The position numbers and the translations under genes were made by a program. From Candidatus Altiarchaeota archaeon (GTDB lineage Archaea; Altiarchaeota; Altiarchaeia; IMC4; SCGC-AAA252-I15), in assembly GCA_043813075.1 (NCBI GenBank), contig JBDRLL010000033.1:1-64000 (forward strand): a stretch of DNA of 64,000 nt, written 5' to 3'. The notes under the pieces are model-generated. The model searched no databases and was not told the DNA's origin. It saw only the letters and a list, made by a program, of their open reading frames with translations. Each line of letters starts with the position of its first letter. Positions within the stretch are counted from its first letter, which is position 1. Below, one piece after another: positions 44,588 to 54,322 of this stretch.

Positions 44588-47335
44588 ATGAAGACATTGA
44601 AACGGATTGGATCCGTGGCTGCCGGCGCTCTAATGCTGGGTTCAGCAATAGCAGGCGCAGTAAGTGCAGGCATGGACGACACCGGAATGACGAAGAACTT
44701 CTTCTATGACGCCAGCTTCAACCCTGTTGTGCAGATTGTTGTTGGTGAGAAGGGTCTAGCGTCAGACTCCGTTGCAGCAGGAAACATTGCAGCGGTAATA
44801 GGGAACCTGGCGTACACAAGTGCGACAGCAGACGCCACCGGCGGATCAGCCAGTGGACAAGTCGTGCTAGGAGTGTCCGCGAAGGGAGCTACAGGAAAGT
44901 TTGAGCAAGCAAGCCACCCAAGCTCTGGGAAGTTTATTACTACGAACACGGACAGTGACTCGTACATGGACTTCTACAACGACAACGATGGTTTGGTGTT
45001 CAAGAGCTCCGCAGAGACGTACTCGCGCGGCGAATTCGTGAGCTACAGCCTAGCTTGCGACCAGCAGCAGAGAACAGAAGCCGGGATCCTAAAGGAGGGA
45101 ACGTACAACAACGTACACTGCTTGTTCTGTCAGACGCTTTGTCTAGCACAGCTAGAGAACCCAGAGCACGAGATGGAGGAGATGATATCTGTCGATTACA
45201 GCCAGATTACATGGTATGAAGACGGTCTAAGTACGGACGACGCCGAGGCGCTCACACTAAAGATCGCCAGCAAGGCAGTAACGTACATCGTGGACACAGG
45301 ATACGTACCCATGAACACAATCGACGGTGGAAGCGCCACAGACGACCAGCTGGACTTTGAATGGAGAGGCAAGATGATACTCTTCGGTGAAGAGTATTAC
45401 GTGAAAGACATTGAAGGTATGACCAAAGTATACCTAGCAAAAGGTAAGATATTGGACGACATCTCATCTGAAGGATACACTTCAGAGTACATGGGGTACA
45501 AGTTCAAGATCGACCACCTGATATACTCAGCAGAGTACCAGGTCGCAGGGATACTCCTAGATGTCGAGAAGCCAGACGGAACAGTAGTCCAGACCCAGAT
45601 CAGCAAGATGGCGAACGGTATCGTTGACGACATCGAGATAGCGGGCGTATACGCTGAAGAAGCGGATGCAGTCGCTACAGCGAGCATAATCGTCTATGAT
45701 ACGACAAGCAACGTTCTCTTGGAAGACGGTAAGGACATGGAGCTAGGCGGAGAAGTCAAGAAATACTGGAAAGTCGACTTAAGCACCGTAGGTGCAAACG
45801 ACTCAAGCGTCGACGTGACAGAATACAACGCAGCCACATCCGGTACAGTATTGTCAAACATAACAATACAGTACAGGCACTCTGTAGAACTAGAGGAAGG
45901 AGAGGCGTTGCAGTTCCCAAGCACGTTCAAGCTTGTGTTCGACGGCTTCAGGACGAACGACTACTCTGAGAGCGCGTGTTCAGGAGCAGGAAGCGGCGAC
46001 ATCGTCATTGAGAAGGAAGGCAAGTCAAGGTGTAAGATAAGCTTCACCGGTGACGACGGCAACAGGTACGACGACGTGTATATGGACCAAGGTCCGTTCT
46101 CAGAAGGCGACATGTTCATACTAAATGGACTAGTCTTCGAGTACGACGACGCTAAGGAGCTTACAACCGACTTAACAACCCTAAGGTTAACCATGAGGGA
46201 CCTGTTAAACGGCGGTAAGAAGACAGCAGACCTAACGGCCATATCGACGGCAGACATCGACGCGCTATACCTATACACATACGCGTTCGAGTCAGCAGCC
46301 GACAACGACCAGGAGCTAACCGCAATCGAGCCAGACGCAGACCAAAACGACTCTGACGTATATGTAGGTGTGTTCGACGCCAACGGCGAAGACAAGCCCG
46401 TATTATACAACGGAGGAGACTTGTACCTAACCACAAGCACTGCAGTAGCTTCGATAAACGGTAGCCAGCTAGGTTGTCACGCAACACCATTCGGTGGAAG
46501 CGACCTGTCAAAGCTGCAGTTAGACGACGCAACCCTGAGCATAGACATATACAACGAGCCCAGTGCCTACGCAGGCGCGCCAAACGTAGCCTACGCTGGC
46601 AACAGCACTGCTGATTCGACAGCAGACAGGGACAACGACTACGACGACGCATTAATCCGCCTGGTAAACCAGGAGGGTGAATACATTGTCGTGGACTTCT
46701 ATGACAGGGACTTCAACGACAGCGTGGACACATACTACTCTCAAGGTGTGTGGGCAGGCGGAAACAACCTACCGTGGGCTGGAAACACCAGCATGTACTC
46801 CGTAGGATTCGAGAACGAGGAGGACACATTGCTGATAACCCCACAGGGAGGTACGCGCGTGACAGTTGACTGGGGCGGAGCCCGTGAAGTCGACAAGGTC
46901 ACAGTATGCCAGCCACAGGACGTAGTGTACTCCACAATCTTCCTGGGTACCGACGAAGCCACGACCACGATTGACGCGGTCATAACAAAGGCTGACGAGG
47001 GAACCGAGAAGACTGTCGGATGCTGCAGTTACCTAGTGAAGGAGTTCGGCATAGCAGTGGACAGCGTCTCAGCGGAGACTGTTTCCATCAACCCGATTGT
47101 TGGAAACCTAGTCGTCCCAGAGATCGCAGCAGACACGACCAAGAACCTAGTGGTTGTTGGTGGACCATCCGTGAACGGACTTTGCGGTCTGACCAAGGAT
47201 GAGATCCAGGCTGCTTCAGGCCAGTACGTCGTTCGTAAGGACGGTAGTAAGGTCTACATAGCAGGTTGGACAGCTGCAGACACTGTTGACGCCGGTAACG
47301 CCTTAATCGCTTGGTTACAGGCAAACGTCCACTAA
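44588..47335 (+). CDS. S-layer family protein (S_layer_N/S_layer_C-like termini; hamus-subunit-like candidate)
   Basis: KRIGSVAAGALMLGSA signal, IVVGEK...D..AA..IA, C-terminal NLVVVGGPSVN...IAG..A.DT. Acidic, with a distinct GCA/GTA/CTA/GAC codon bias suggesting high expression. Confidence 0.85.
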   Translation: MKTLKRIGSVAAGALMLGSAIAGAVSAGMDDTGMTKNFFYDASFNPVVQIVVGEKGLASDSVAAGNIAAVIGNLAYTSATADATGGSASGQVVLGVSAKGATGKFEQASHPSSGKFITTNTDSDSYMDFYNDNDGLVFKSSAETYSRGEFVSYSLACDQQQRTEAGILKEGTYNNVHCLFCQTLCLAQLENPEHEMEEMISVDYSQITWYEDGLSTDDAEALTLKIASKAVTYIVDTGYVPMNTIDGGSATDDQLDFEWRGKMILFGEEYYVKDIEGMTKVYLAKGKILDDISSEGYTSEYMGYKFKIDHLIYSAEYQVAGILLDVEKPDGTVVQTQISKMANGIVDDIEIAGVYAEEADAVATASIIVYDTTSNVLLEDGKDMELGGEVKKYWKVDLSTVGANDSSVDVTEYNAATSGTVLSNITIQYRHSVELEEGEALQFPSTFKLVFDGFRTNDYSESACSGAGSGDIVIEKEGKSRCKISFTGDDGNRYDDVYMDQGPFSEGDMFILNGLVFEYDDAKELTTDLTTLRLTMRDLLNGGKKTADLTAISTADIDALYLYTYAFESAADNDQELTAIEPDADQNDSDVYVGVFDANGEDKPVLYNGGDLYLTTSTAVASINGSQLGCHATPFGGSDLSKLQLDDATLSIDIYNEPSAYAGAPNVAYAGNSTADSTADRDNDYDDALIRLVNQEGEYIVVDFYDRDFNDSVDTYYSQGVWAGGNNLPWAGNTSMYSVGFENEEDTLLITPQGGTRVTVDWGGAREVDKVTVCQPQDVVYSTIFLGTDEATTTIDAVITKADEGTEKTVGCCSYLVKEFGIAVDSVSAETVSINPIVGNLVVPEIAADTTKNLVVVGGPSVNGLCGLTKDEIQAASGQYVVRKDGSKVYIAGWTAADTVDAGNALIAWLQANVH

Positions 47336-47350
47336 GGTGTTCGACCAAAA

Positions 47351-47390
47351 TGTCCCCCTTTTGGGGGACAAAATTTTTCTTTTTCTTTTT
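47351..47390 (+). terminator. Hairpin plus T-tract terminator of the S-layer-family gene
   Basis: TGTCCCCC-TTTT-GGGGGACA perfect 8-bp stem followed by long T runs. Confidence 0.85.
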
Positions 47391-47443
47391 ATTCCCCTGA
47401 AACATGCCGGAGGCACATATTTTTCCCTTAAAACCATATCAGT

Positions 47444-48199
47444 ATGATGCTCTATCTAGTCGGCTTGGGCCTGCATGATGAGGGTGACTTGAGCCTGAAG
47501 GGCCTTGATGCTTTAAGGAAGTGCGGTAAGGTTTACCTGGAGTCCTATACCAGCAAGTTCAAGGGGAGTCTTGAAAGGCTCTCGGAGCTGGCTGGGAAGG
47601 AGATTATGGTTTTGGGTAGGAGTGGTGTTGAGGAGGATGCCGTGTTCATTGAAGAGGCGCTTGAAGGGGATGTTTGCCTGCTGGTGTGCGGCGACCCGAT
47701 GGCTGCAACAACCCATGCAGACCTGGTCTTACGAGCCAGGAGGAAGGGTGTGGAGGTTAGGGTAATCCACTCGTCTTCTATTTTCTCTGCAATCGGCGAG
47801 TGCGGCCTCCAACTATACAAGTTCGGCAGGACTACTACGCTCGCGTATCCTGATGGCGATTATTTTCCCATGAGCCCCTACGACGTTATAAGGGGTAACA
47901 TGGAGTCTGGATTGCACACTCTCGTGCTGCTGGACGTTAGGAGTGATGAGGACAGGTTTATGAGTGTGAACGAGGCTGTCGGCCTGCTGTTGAGGATGGA
48001 GGGTGAGAAGAAGGAGGGTGTTGTCACAGAGGATTCCATGTGCCTTGGTGTCGCCAGGCTGGGTGGTGACGCCGTGATCAGATACGGGAAGGCGGGGGAT
48101 TTGTTGAACGTGGATTTCAGGGGGCCGCCGCACGTGCTGATTATCCCAGGCAGACTTCATTTCATGGAGGAGGAGGCTCTGAAGGAGTATGTGATTTAG
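47444..48199 (+). CDS. dph5: Diphthine synthase
   Basis: LVGLGL, E.YTS, GDPM.ATTH, GLQ.YKFG, GLHTL.LLD, PPH.LIIPG.LH..E. Confidence 0.96.
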   Translation: MMLYLVGLGLHDEGDLSLKGLDALRKCGKVYLESYTSKFKGSLERLSELAGKEIMVLGRSGVEEDAVFIEEALEGDVCLLVCGDPMAATTHADLVLRARRKGVEVRVIHSSSIFSAIGECGLQLYKFGRTTTLAYPDGDYFPMSPYDVIRGNMESGLHTLVLLDVRSDEDRFMSVNEAVGLLLRMEGEKKEGVVTEDSMCLGVARLGGDAVIRYGKAGDLLNVDFRGPPHVLIIPGRLHFMEEEALKEYVI

Positions 48200-48200
48200 A

Positions 48201-48542
48201 ATGATCCTGGATTACATGGGCGTGTTCATGGCGTTTTTCCTGATATTAGTCAACGGCATCAGCTGGATTATCACGATAATAGCGGTAATCGATATCCTAA
48301 AGAGGGATTTCGAGAATAAGCAGCATAAGGTCCCGTGGATAATTGGCGTGGTTTTCCTGGGATGGTTTGGGGTCATAGCGTATTACGTTTTTGTCGTCCG
48401 GAAGGTCAGGTGGACTATGTGGGACCGTGAAATCAAGGGTGGGGAGGATAAGGACGATATGATGAGGAAGAATGTGAAAAAGACGGTAATGGGAGGTAGG
48501 GAGACTGTCATACTGGATGGGAAGGAGTATTCTGGGAGATGA
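48201..48542 (+). CDS. PLDc N-terminal-like two-TM small membrane protein
   Basis: DI..R.F....K..W......G..G...YY pattern. Confidence 0.75.
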   Translation: MILDYMGVFMAFFLILVNGISWIITIIAVIDILKRDFENKQHKVPWIIGVVFLGWFGVIAYYVFVVRKVRWTMWDREIKGGEDKDDMMRKNVKKTVMGGRETVILDGKEYSGR

Positions 48543-48572
48543 CACCCGCATCAGTCCGGAGGGGGTGTGATG

Positions 48573-49691
48573 TCATGTGGTTCGCTGGGGCGCGGGGTTG
48601 TTCCTGCCAACACCCTCACGGCTCGTGTTTTTGAGTATGATGCTTCCAAGGCTTTTAAGACGCTCGTCCACAGGATTCTCCATGATTTTCTTGAATTCAC
48701 TCCAAGAAGTCCCCTCCTTGAAGGAGAGGAATAATGTGTTGGAATAGTATTCCACATAGTAGGTGGAGGGGAACAATGATAGCAGCCGGTCGTATATTGC
48801 AGACTTTATGCCAGGCCCGTAGGGGGTGATGTAGTTAAGCACGAAGCATCCGTTTTCAGTTAGTCTTTCACGCACCATCCCTAGGGTGTCCTCGTTTGTC
48901 AGCTCGGGAGGCACACCCTCTCCAGAGAATGCGTCGAATACTATGGCACCGTAATGCTTGCCGCATGATTGAAGGAAGCTGAGGCCGTCAGTCTGGTGGA
49001 GTATCACTCTGTCTGGTTTTTCCCCGAAATATCTCTCGCAAGTGGTGAAGACGTCTGTGTCCGGGTCGACCGCGTCGACTAGGGACTCCGTGAAGTATGC
49101 GTATTGCCTTGCTATGGTGCCTGCCGCAACACCCACGAGAAGAACATCCGACACCCCAGGGTTCTTGAATATGGGGGCGAGGCAGATGTCCCAGAAGCCT
49201 CCGGTGAATGGAGACTTCAAGTGTATTTGAGAGTGGGTTAGAGACCGGTCTCCGGTTAATAGGCGGGTCACGTCACCAGCCTTCTCTACGATAAGGCCGT
49301 GCACCCCTATTTCCTCTGAAAAATCCGGGGGCTGGTTCAAGCTTATCTCGATTAGGACGCTTATTCTGACAGAGTCGATGGAGTAGGGGTTCATTTCCAG
49401 AGACTTGCTTGCTGAATCACGGGCGTCCTGCATTTCATTGAGGTAGTATAAGGCAACAGCCTTGAGGTAGTAGGCGTGGTCGCTTTCATAACCGGCCTTG
49501 AGATATGACTCGATGTCTGATAGCGCGGACGAGTAGTCGCCAAGCCGGTAGTGGGATACCGCCCGGTTGAACATGCATTTGTTGCATGCGTCGCGTTCCA
49601 ATACTATGCTATAGAAGCCGATGGCTTCCGCGTATCTGGCGTTATTGAAAAGTAGGTCGCCTGCTTTCCTGAAGTCATCTATATAGTACAT
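48573..49691 (-). CDS. TPR-repeat fused to spermidine synthase-like SAM-binding domain
   Basis: Three N-terminal TPRs, then LLVGVAAG, VDPD, TDG..FL, FDAFS, G...LN. Confidence 0.78.
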   Translation of the reverse strand: MYYIDDFRKAGDLLFNNARYAEAIGFYSIVLERDACNKCMFNRAVSHYRLGDYSSALSDIESYLKAGYESDHAYYLKAVALYYLNEMQDARDSASKSLEMNPYSIDSVRISVLIEISLNQPPDFSEEIGVHGLIVEKAGDVTRLLTGDRSLTHSQIHLKSPFTGGFWDICLAPIFKNPGVSDVLLVGVAAGTIARQYAYFTESLVDAVDPDTDVFTTCERYFGEKPDRVILHQTDGLSFLQSCGKHYGAIVFDAFSGEGVPPELTNEDTLGMVRERLTENGCFVLNYITPYGPGIKSAIYDRLLSLFPSTYYVEYYSNTLFLSFKEGTSWSEFKKIMENPVDERLKSLGSIILKNTSREGVGRNNPAPQRTT

Positions 49692-50422
49692 TATAAGCTC
49701 TTCCGGAATAATCCTTCCATTATTTTTAGGTTCTTCCTGTTGTCGAATCTAGCAGCAATAGAAGCCAGTCTTCCACGGGACATGTCTTTCATGCTCCTTG
49801 CGTGGACAATCATGTTTGGGACTGCCCTGACCACGTTGTCGACTATGGTTATGTCAGCCGTCCTGGCTGTCCGTGACAGGGGATTCAAGTCCACTGCGAT
49901 AACCTTCTTGCCCATCGCCTTCAAAGCCCCAGTACGGTCGCCGTCCTCCAGCATCACCAGGACTGTGTCGGAATCCCATAACGCATCGTCCACGTTCGCC
50001 CTCTGGCTGCCCAATCCAGGAATCCTATGCCGCTTCCGGAGGCCGTAAACCAGTTCCGCGCCGGAATCCTCCAGCACCCTGGCTATAAGCCTCTCCCTTA
50101 GGGGGGTCCTATAGAAGAGGTTGACCTCAAGGAGGGCTTTAACAGCCTTTGAAAGCCGTATAACGTCCTTAGGGCATAGTGCGGCAACATTCCCGTTGAC
50201 CGAGAAAACAGGTTTTTCAGAGGATAAAAGGAGGGCGGAGGCCGCCTTCTCAGCCCTCTCAGCGTGCACGCACGTCCTTTCTCCTAGCAAGTAGTCATAG
50301 GCCTCTCCACGTCCATGCGCAATAAGGCCCGTCTCTGCCACAAACCCTTGTTTTAGGCCGTCCACGAGCCTGTGGCGTAGGTCTAGGGAGGTTTTTCTCG
50401 GGTGTTGCGGCGGGTTATTCAT
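49691..50422 (-). CDS. 4-phosphopantoate--beta-alanine ligase (archaeal phosphopantothenate synthetase)
   Basis: HPR..SL..R, GLIAHGRGEA.DYL.GE, SVNGN, EVNLFYRT, LEDGDR, DLNPLSRT. Confidence 0.93.
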   Translation of the reverse strand: MNNPPQHPRKTSLDLRHRLVDGLKQGFVAETGLIAHGRGEAYDYLLGERTCVHAERAEKAASALLLSSEKPVFSVNGNVAALCPKDVIRLSKAVKALLEVNLFYRTPLRERLIARVLEDSGAELVYGLRKRHRIPGLGSQRANVDDALWDSDTVLVMLEDGDRTGALKAMGKKVIAVDLNPLSRTARTADITIVDNVVRAVPNMIVHARSMKDMSRGRLASIAARFDNRKNLKIMEGLFRKSL

Positions 50423-50456
50423 GTGATTTTTATATTAAACTTACGCATTATAATAC

Positions 50457-50573
50457 GGTCAACGGCCATAGCGGAGGGGCAACACCCGCAACCATTCCGA
50501 ACGCGGAAGTAAAGTCCTCCAGCGATCCATACAGTACTGCTTACAAAGTGGGAATTATGGGACGCTGTTGACC
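50457..50573 (+). rRNA. rrf: 5S ribosomal RNA (stand-alone)
   Basis: Helix I GGTCAACGGC/GCTGTTGACC, conserved GGCCATAGC, CCATTCCGAAC..GGAAGT.AAG, AGTAC and GGAA loop-E motifs. 117 nt. Confidence 0.93.
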
Positions 50574-50641
50574 ACCCCTCACTCTCACTATTCAAGCCCT
50601 GATTCTATTTATTCCATTATTCAATCTCTATTCTACGCACC

Positions 50642-52285
50642 ATGGACGAATACCAGAGGATAATAACAGGGATAATCAGGGGGGATATTTCCACTAGAAG
50701 CCAGTTGGATGAGGAGAAGAGGCGGCTGTCATCTGAACTGGGCTTAGACCATTTCATACGGAACAGCGACATACTCAAGCACGCTAACGCCGAGGAGAGG
50801 AAGGCGATAAAGAGGTTCCTCCAGAAGAAGCCCATGAGAAGCATGTCTGGTGTCGCGGTGGTTGCGGCAATGACCATGCCCAGCAGGTGCCCGCACGGCA
50901 AGTGCAGGTACTGCCCCGGCGGCCCGGACACCAACGTGCCCCAGAGTTACACCGGAAAGGAGCCTGCGACACGCAGGGCCATACAGTACGGCTTCAACCC
51001 CTACTTGCAGACCACGTTCAGGCTCCACCAGCTGAAGACCATAGGTCATCCGATAGACAAGGTGGAGTTGATCGTGATGGGGGGGACGCTTACCGCACAG
51101 TGCCTTGACTATCAGGACTGGTTTGTGAAGGAATGCCTCCTGGCCATGAATGATTATGACGTGAACGGCAGGCGGATTATCGAGATTGGTGAGGAAGGAT
51201 TCATCAAGGAATATGAGTCTTCACCCAAGACGTTCTCCTATAGGGAGGACGTGCAGGAGGGGAATGAGAGGGCTAGCGTTAGGTGTGTTGGAATAACCTT
51301 CGAGCCGAGGCCGGACTGGGCCAAACGGGAGCAGATAGGATTCATGCTGGACTTCGGCGTGACCAGGGTGGAGGTTGGGGTTCAGAATCCGGACGACATG
51401 GTGTATGAGCATGTGGAGAGGGGTCATACTGTGGCTGATGTCGTGGAGTCCACGCAACTATTGAAGGATTCAGGGATCAAGGTGGGCTACCACATGATGC
51501 CTGGCATAATGGGCTACGACCATGATTCGGACTTGAATGCCTTCAAGAGTATTTTCAACAGACAGGAGTTCAGGCCCGACATGGTGAAGATATACCCGTG
51601 CATAGTCCTGAAGGGAACTGATTACTACAGGAGGTGGGTGGACGGAGAGTTCGAGCCCATGACCACCGGGCAGGCTGTGGACTTGATCGCTGAAGTCAAA
51701 GGCATGATGCCAAAGTGGGTTAGGACCATGCGAATCATGAGGGACATACCCAGCAACCTTATTGAGGCAGGCATAAAGTCGAGCAACCTGGGGCAGATGG
51801 TTTACAGGAGGATGAGGGAGAAGGGGATAAAATGCAGTTGCATCAGGTGCAGGGAGGTTGGAAGATTCATGGAGAAGGGTGTGGAGCCTGACCCAGACGA
51901 CATAAGGATAGTGCGGGAGGATTATGACGCTAGCGGAGGCAGGGAAGTGTTCCTAAGCTTCGAGGACGTTAAGAAGGACATACTAATCGGGTTCACCCGC
52001 CTGAGGATACCTTATAGGCCATTCCGCCCTGAGATAACAGAGGATTCCGGGCTCATAAGGGAGCTTCACGTCTACGGCCCCATGGTGGAGATAGACGAGA
52101 GGCCTGAATACGAGTGGCAGCACAGGGGGTACGGCACCGAGTTGATAGGTGAGGCTGAGAGGATTGCCGCAGAGGATTTCGGGCTCGGCAGGATGGTCAT
52201 CACGTCAGGCATCGGCGTGAGAGAGTACTACCGTAGGATGGGCTACTCGCGGGATGGGGCCTACATGAGCAAGAGCCTAGTTTAG
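50642..52285 (+). CDS. elp3: tRNA uridine(34) acetyltransferase Elp3 (radical SAM + GNAT)
   Basis: CPHGKC.YCPGG, QSYTG.EP, RVEVGVQ, KIYP, CIRCRE, RELHVYG, QHRGYG. Confidence 0.96.
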   Translation: MDEYQRIITGIIRGDISTRSQLDEEKRRLSSELGLDHFIRNSDILKHANAEERKAIKRFLQKKPMRSMSGVAVVAAMTMPSRCPHGKCRYCPGGPDTNVPQSYTGKEPATRRAIQYGFNPYLQTTFRLHQLKTIGHPIDKVELIVMGGTLTAQCLDYQDWFVKECLLAMNDYDVNGRRIIEIGEEGFIKEYESSPKTFSYREDVQEGNERASVRCVGITFEPRPDWAKREQIGFMLDFGVTRVEVGVQNPDDMVYEHVERGHTVADVVESTQLLKDSGIKVGYHMMPGIMGYDHDSDLNAFKSIFNRQEFRPDMVKIYPCIVLKGTDYYRRWVDGEFEPMTTGQAVDLIAEVKGMMPKWVRTMRIMRDIPSNLIEAGIKSSNLGQMVYRRMREKGIKCSCIRCREVGRFMEKGVEPDPDDIRIVREDYDASGGREVFLSFEDVKKDILIGFTRLRIPYRPFRPEITEDSGLIRELHVYGPMVEIDERPEYEWQHRGYGTELIGEAERIAAEDFGLGRMVITSGIGVREYYRRMGYSRDGAYMSKSLV

Positions 52286-53755
52286 CCCGAGTATGTCGTA
52301 GGCCTTTAGGACTATCATCTGGAAAAGGGGTATGACGTTGACTATGAACACGACCACCGTGAACACTATTATGGTGTACATTATCCGTTTAACATCCAGT
52401 TCCCTTAGTTTTGTGGAGTAGACCAGTTCCTTGAACATCCTGCCGCCGTCAAAAGGCAGCAAGGGCAGGAGGTTCACGAGTCCGATGTTTATGTTGAAGA
52501 ATATTATCCACTCAAGTGCCTTGAGGAATACCGACACGTATGACGTGCTGATGAACCCCATCAGCCCGGTGAAAGACACGTCATCGGTGACGTACACCCC
52601 CATGTATCCCTTGCCAGGCTCTGTTGGGTTTTCAGCCATCGTGAAGGAACGCACCCCAGAGCTTGTGTTTAGAGTCACCCGCTCGCCAGCCTTAAGGCTT
52701 GAAGTCGCATTGAGGAAGCCTTCAACATTGGAGAGCGGCATGCTGTTTATCGAGTGTATTATGGAATCCTTCGCCAGGTATTCCTCTGCAGGATAGCCTT
52801 CAATGAAGCCCACTATCCGCACCCCATTGTATACCATATGGTTTGAAAGCAGGGACATTGCGAGGAGTATGACCAATACAGACGTGATACCAACCGCGAA
52901 GTTGGCGAACGACCCCATAGTGTAGACGCGCATCCTGTCCAGCCCAGAGCGTTTGTTCAGCTCATCCTCGTCAGGCTCGACAAATGCGCCTATGGGAAAT
53001 GAGCCTATCGTAAGAAGGCCTGTTGACTTCAGTTTTACCCCGCAGACTCTCGTAAGCACACCATGGGAGATTTCATGGGAGCCGAGGGTTATTATGATCG
53101 CGAGGAGGGCATACCACCAGGGTATGAAGAGGTCGTATCCGGGGAATGCAACGCCTATATTGCCCTCCCTCGACGAGGGCAATAGGGGTGACACGCCAGG
53201 AAGGTCGGTCTCACCGTATAGTATCGTGATCCCGTGGGATGTGAGGGCGTATATCAGGAGGGCTGGCAGCCCGAACACGCCGACAAAAACAGACAAGAGC
53301 ATGTTGTTCGTCGGGAGATACGTGATGACAGACATTATTATTGACGATAGCGTGAAGTCAACTATCGTGGAACGCATCCTGCCGGACATGGCATAAGCCA
53401 TGAGTACAAGCAGTGATGAGCCTGCAGCGAACGTGATGCTGTATCCGGAAAAAAATGCGGTGATTACTGCCAAAAAACCCAGCACTAGGAAGCTCTTCCT
53501 GAAGTTGCCGCGGGATAGGTCGTCTTTAGAAAGGTAATATCCGCCGAGGCCGCCGAAAGACAGGAATATGGAGAAGTCGGCTAGAAACCGCCATAGGGAA
53601 GGCGCTAGGTTAGCTATGGAACTTATCAGGCGCATGCCATAGTTTGAACGCATTATGTAGAAGGTGCCGTAATACCTCTCGGTCTTGGACTTGTAGAGTA
53701 TAATCCATCCCAGCCCGAAAAGCGATATTAAAAACAGGTTTACGTCCATCTTCAC
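52277..53755 (-). CDS. Site-2 protease (M50) with PDZ-like domain
   Basis: HEISHG, GAFVEPD, GS.AN, NLLP..PFDGG and multiple TM helices. Confidence 0.92.
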   Translation of the reverse strand: MKMDVNLFLISLFGLGWIILYKSKTERYYGTFYIMRSNYGMRLISSIANLAPSLWRFLADFSIFLSFGGLGGYYLSKDDLSRGNFRKSFLVLGFLAVITAFFSGYSITFAAGSSLLVLMAYAMSGRMRSTIVDFTLSSIIMSVITYLPTNNMLLSVFVGVFGLPALLIYALTSHGITILYGETDLPGVSPLLPSSREGNIGVAFPGYDLFIPWWYALLAIIITLGSHEISHGVLTRVCGVKLKSTGLLTIGSFPIGAFVEPDEDELNKRSGLDRMRVYTMGSFANFAVGITSVLVILLAMSLLSNHMVYNGVRIVGFIEGYPAEEYLAKDSIIHSINSMPLSNVEGFLNATSSLKAGERVTLNTSSGVRSFTMAENPTEPGKGYMGVYVTDDVSFTGLMGFISTSYVSVFLKALEWIIFFNINIGLVNLLPLLPFDGGRMFKELVYSTKLRELDVKRIMYTIIVFTVVVFIVNVIPLFQMIVLKAYDILGLN

Positions 53756-54231
53756 TACTTCTTCTTTTTAACCACAATCATGTCGCCGAGAGTCAGAGGC
53801 TTGCTTTCCCCACCACTCATCTTCACCTCATCATCATCCGAGTGCGGAACCAGCAAGCGTATCCCAAGCGCCTTCTCCAGCTTCTTTAAGACACTAGGGT
53901 TCGGCTCGATCCTGGACGACTCGATCCGGTGTATGAGGGATGAAGGCTCATTCACCATGCGGGCCAGCTCCTCCTGCCGGAGGCCCTTCTTCTCCCTCGA
54001 CTCCTTTATCCTGCGGGCATATTCTTCAACCAAGTCCTCCCCGGACTCTATCTTGAATTCTGGCTTAACATTCACAACCCTCACAGGCTTCTTCTCTGCC
54101 TTAGGCTTTAGGGAGACCGTCTTAACGACCTCACCGACGCTGGAGCAGTCCCTGCAGGCGGTGACTTCACCACCCTCGAGGGTAACCTTCACCCCATCAT
54201 TGATGAATTTGCCGCAAATCTCGCATATCAT
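53755..54231 (-). CDS. mbf1: Archaeal multiprotein bridging factor aMBF1 (Zn ribbon + HTH)
   Basis: CEICG...C..C, LVE.Y...I...RE..GL.QEELA, TLGD. Start moved to ATG at 54231. Confidence 0.92.
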   Translation of the reverse strand: MICEICGKFINDGVKVTLEGGEVTACRDCSSVGEVVKTVSLKPKAEKKPVRVVNVKPEFKIESGEDLVEEYARRIKESREKKGLRQEELARMVNEPSSLIHRIESSRIEPNPSVLKKLEKALGIRLLVPHSDDDEVKMSGGESKPLTLGDMIVVKKKK

Positions 54232-54322
54232 GAGAACCCAACCTCTATATGAATTGGGGTTACCTGTAATAAAATGAACAATCACTGGGGGAATAGAAAA
54301 AATAAAAGGGTTTCAGGCCCGT

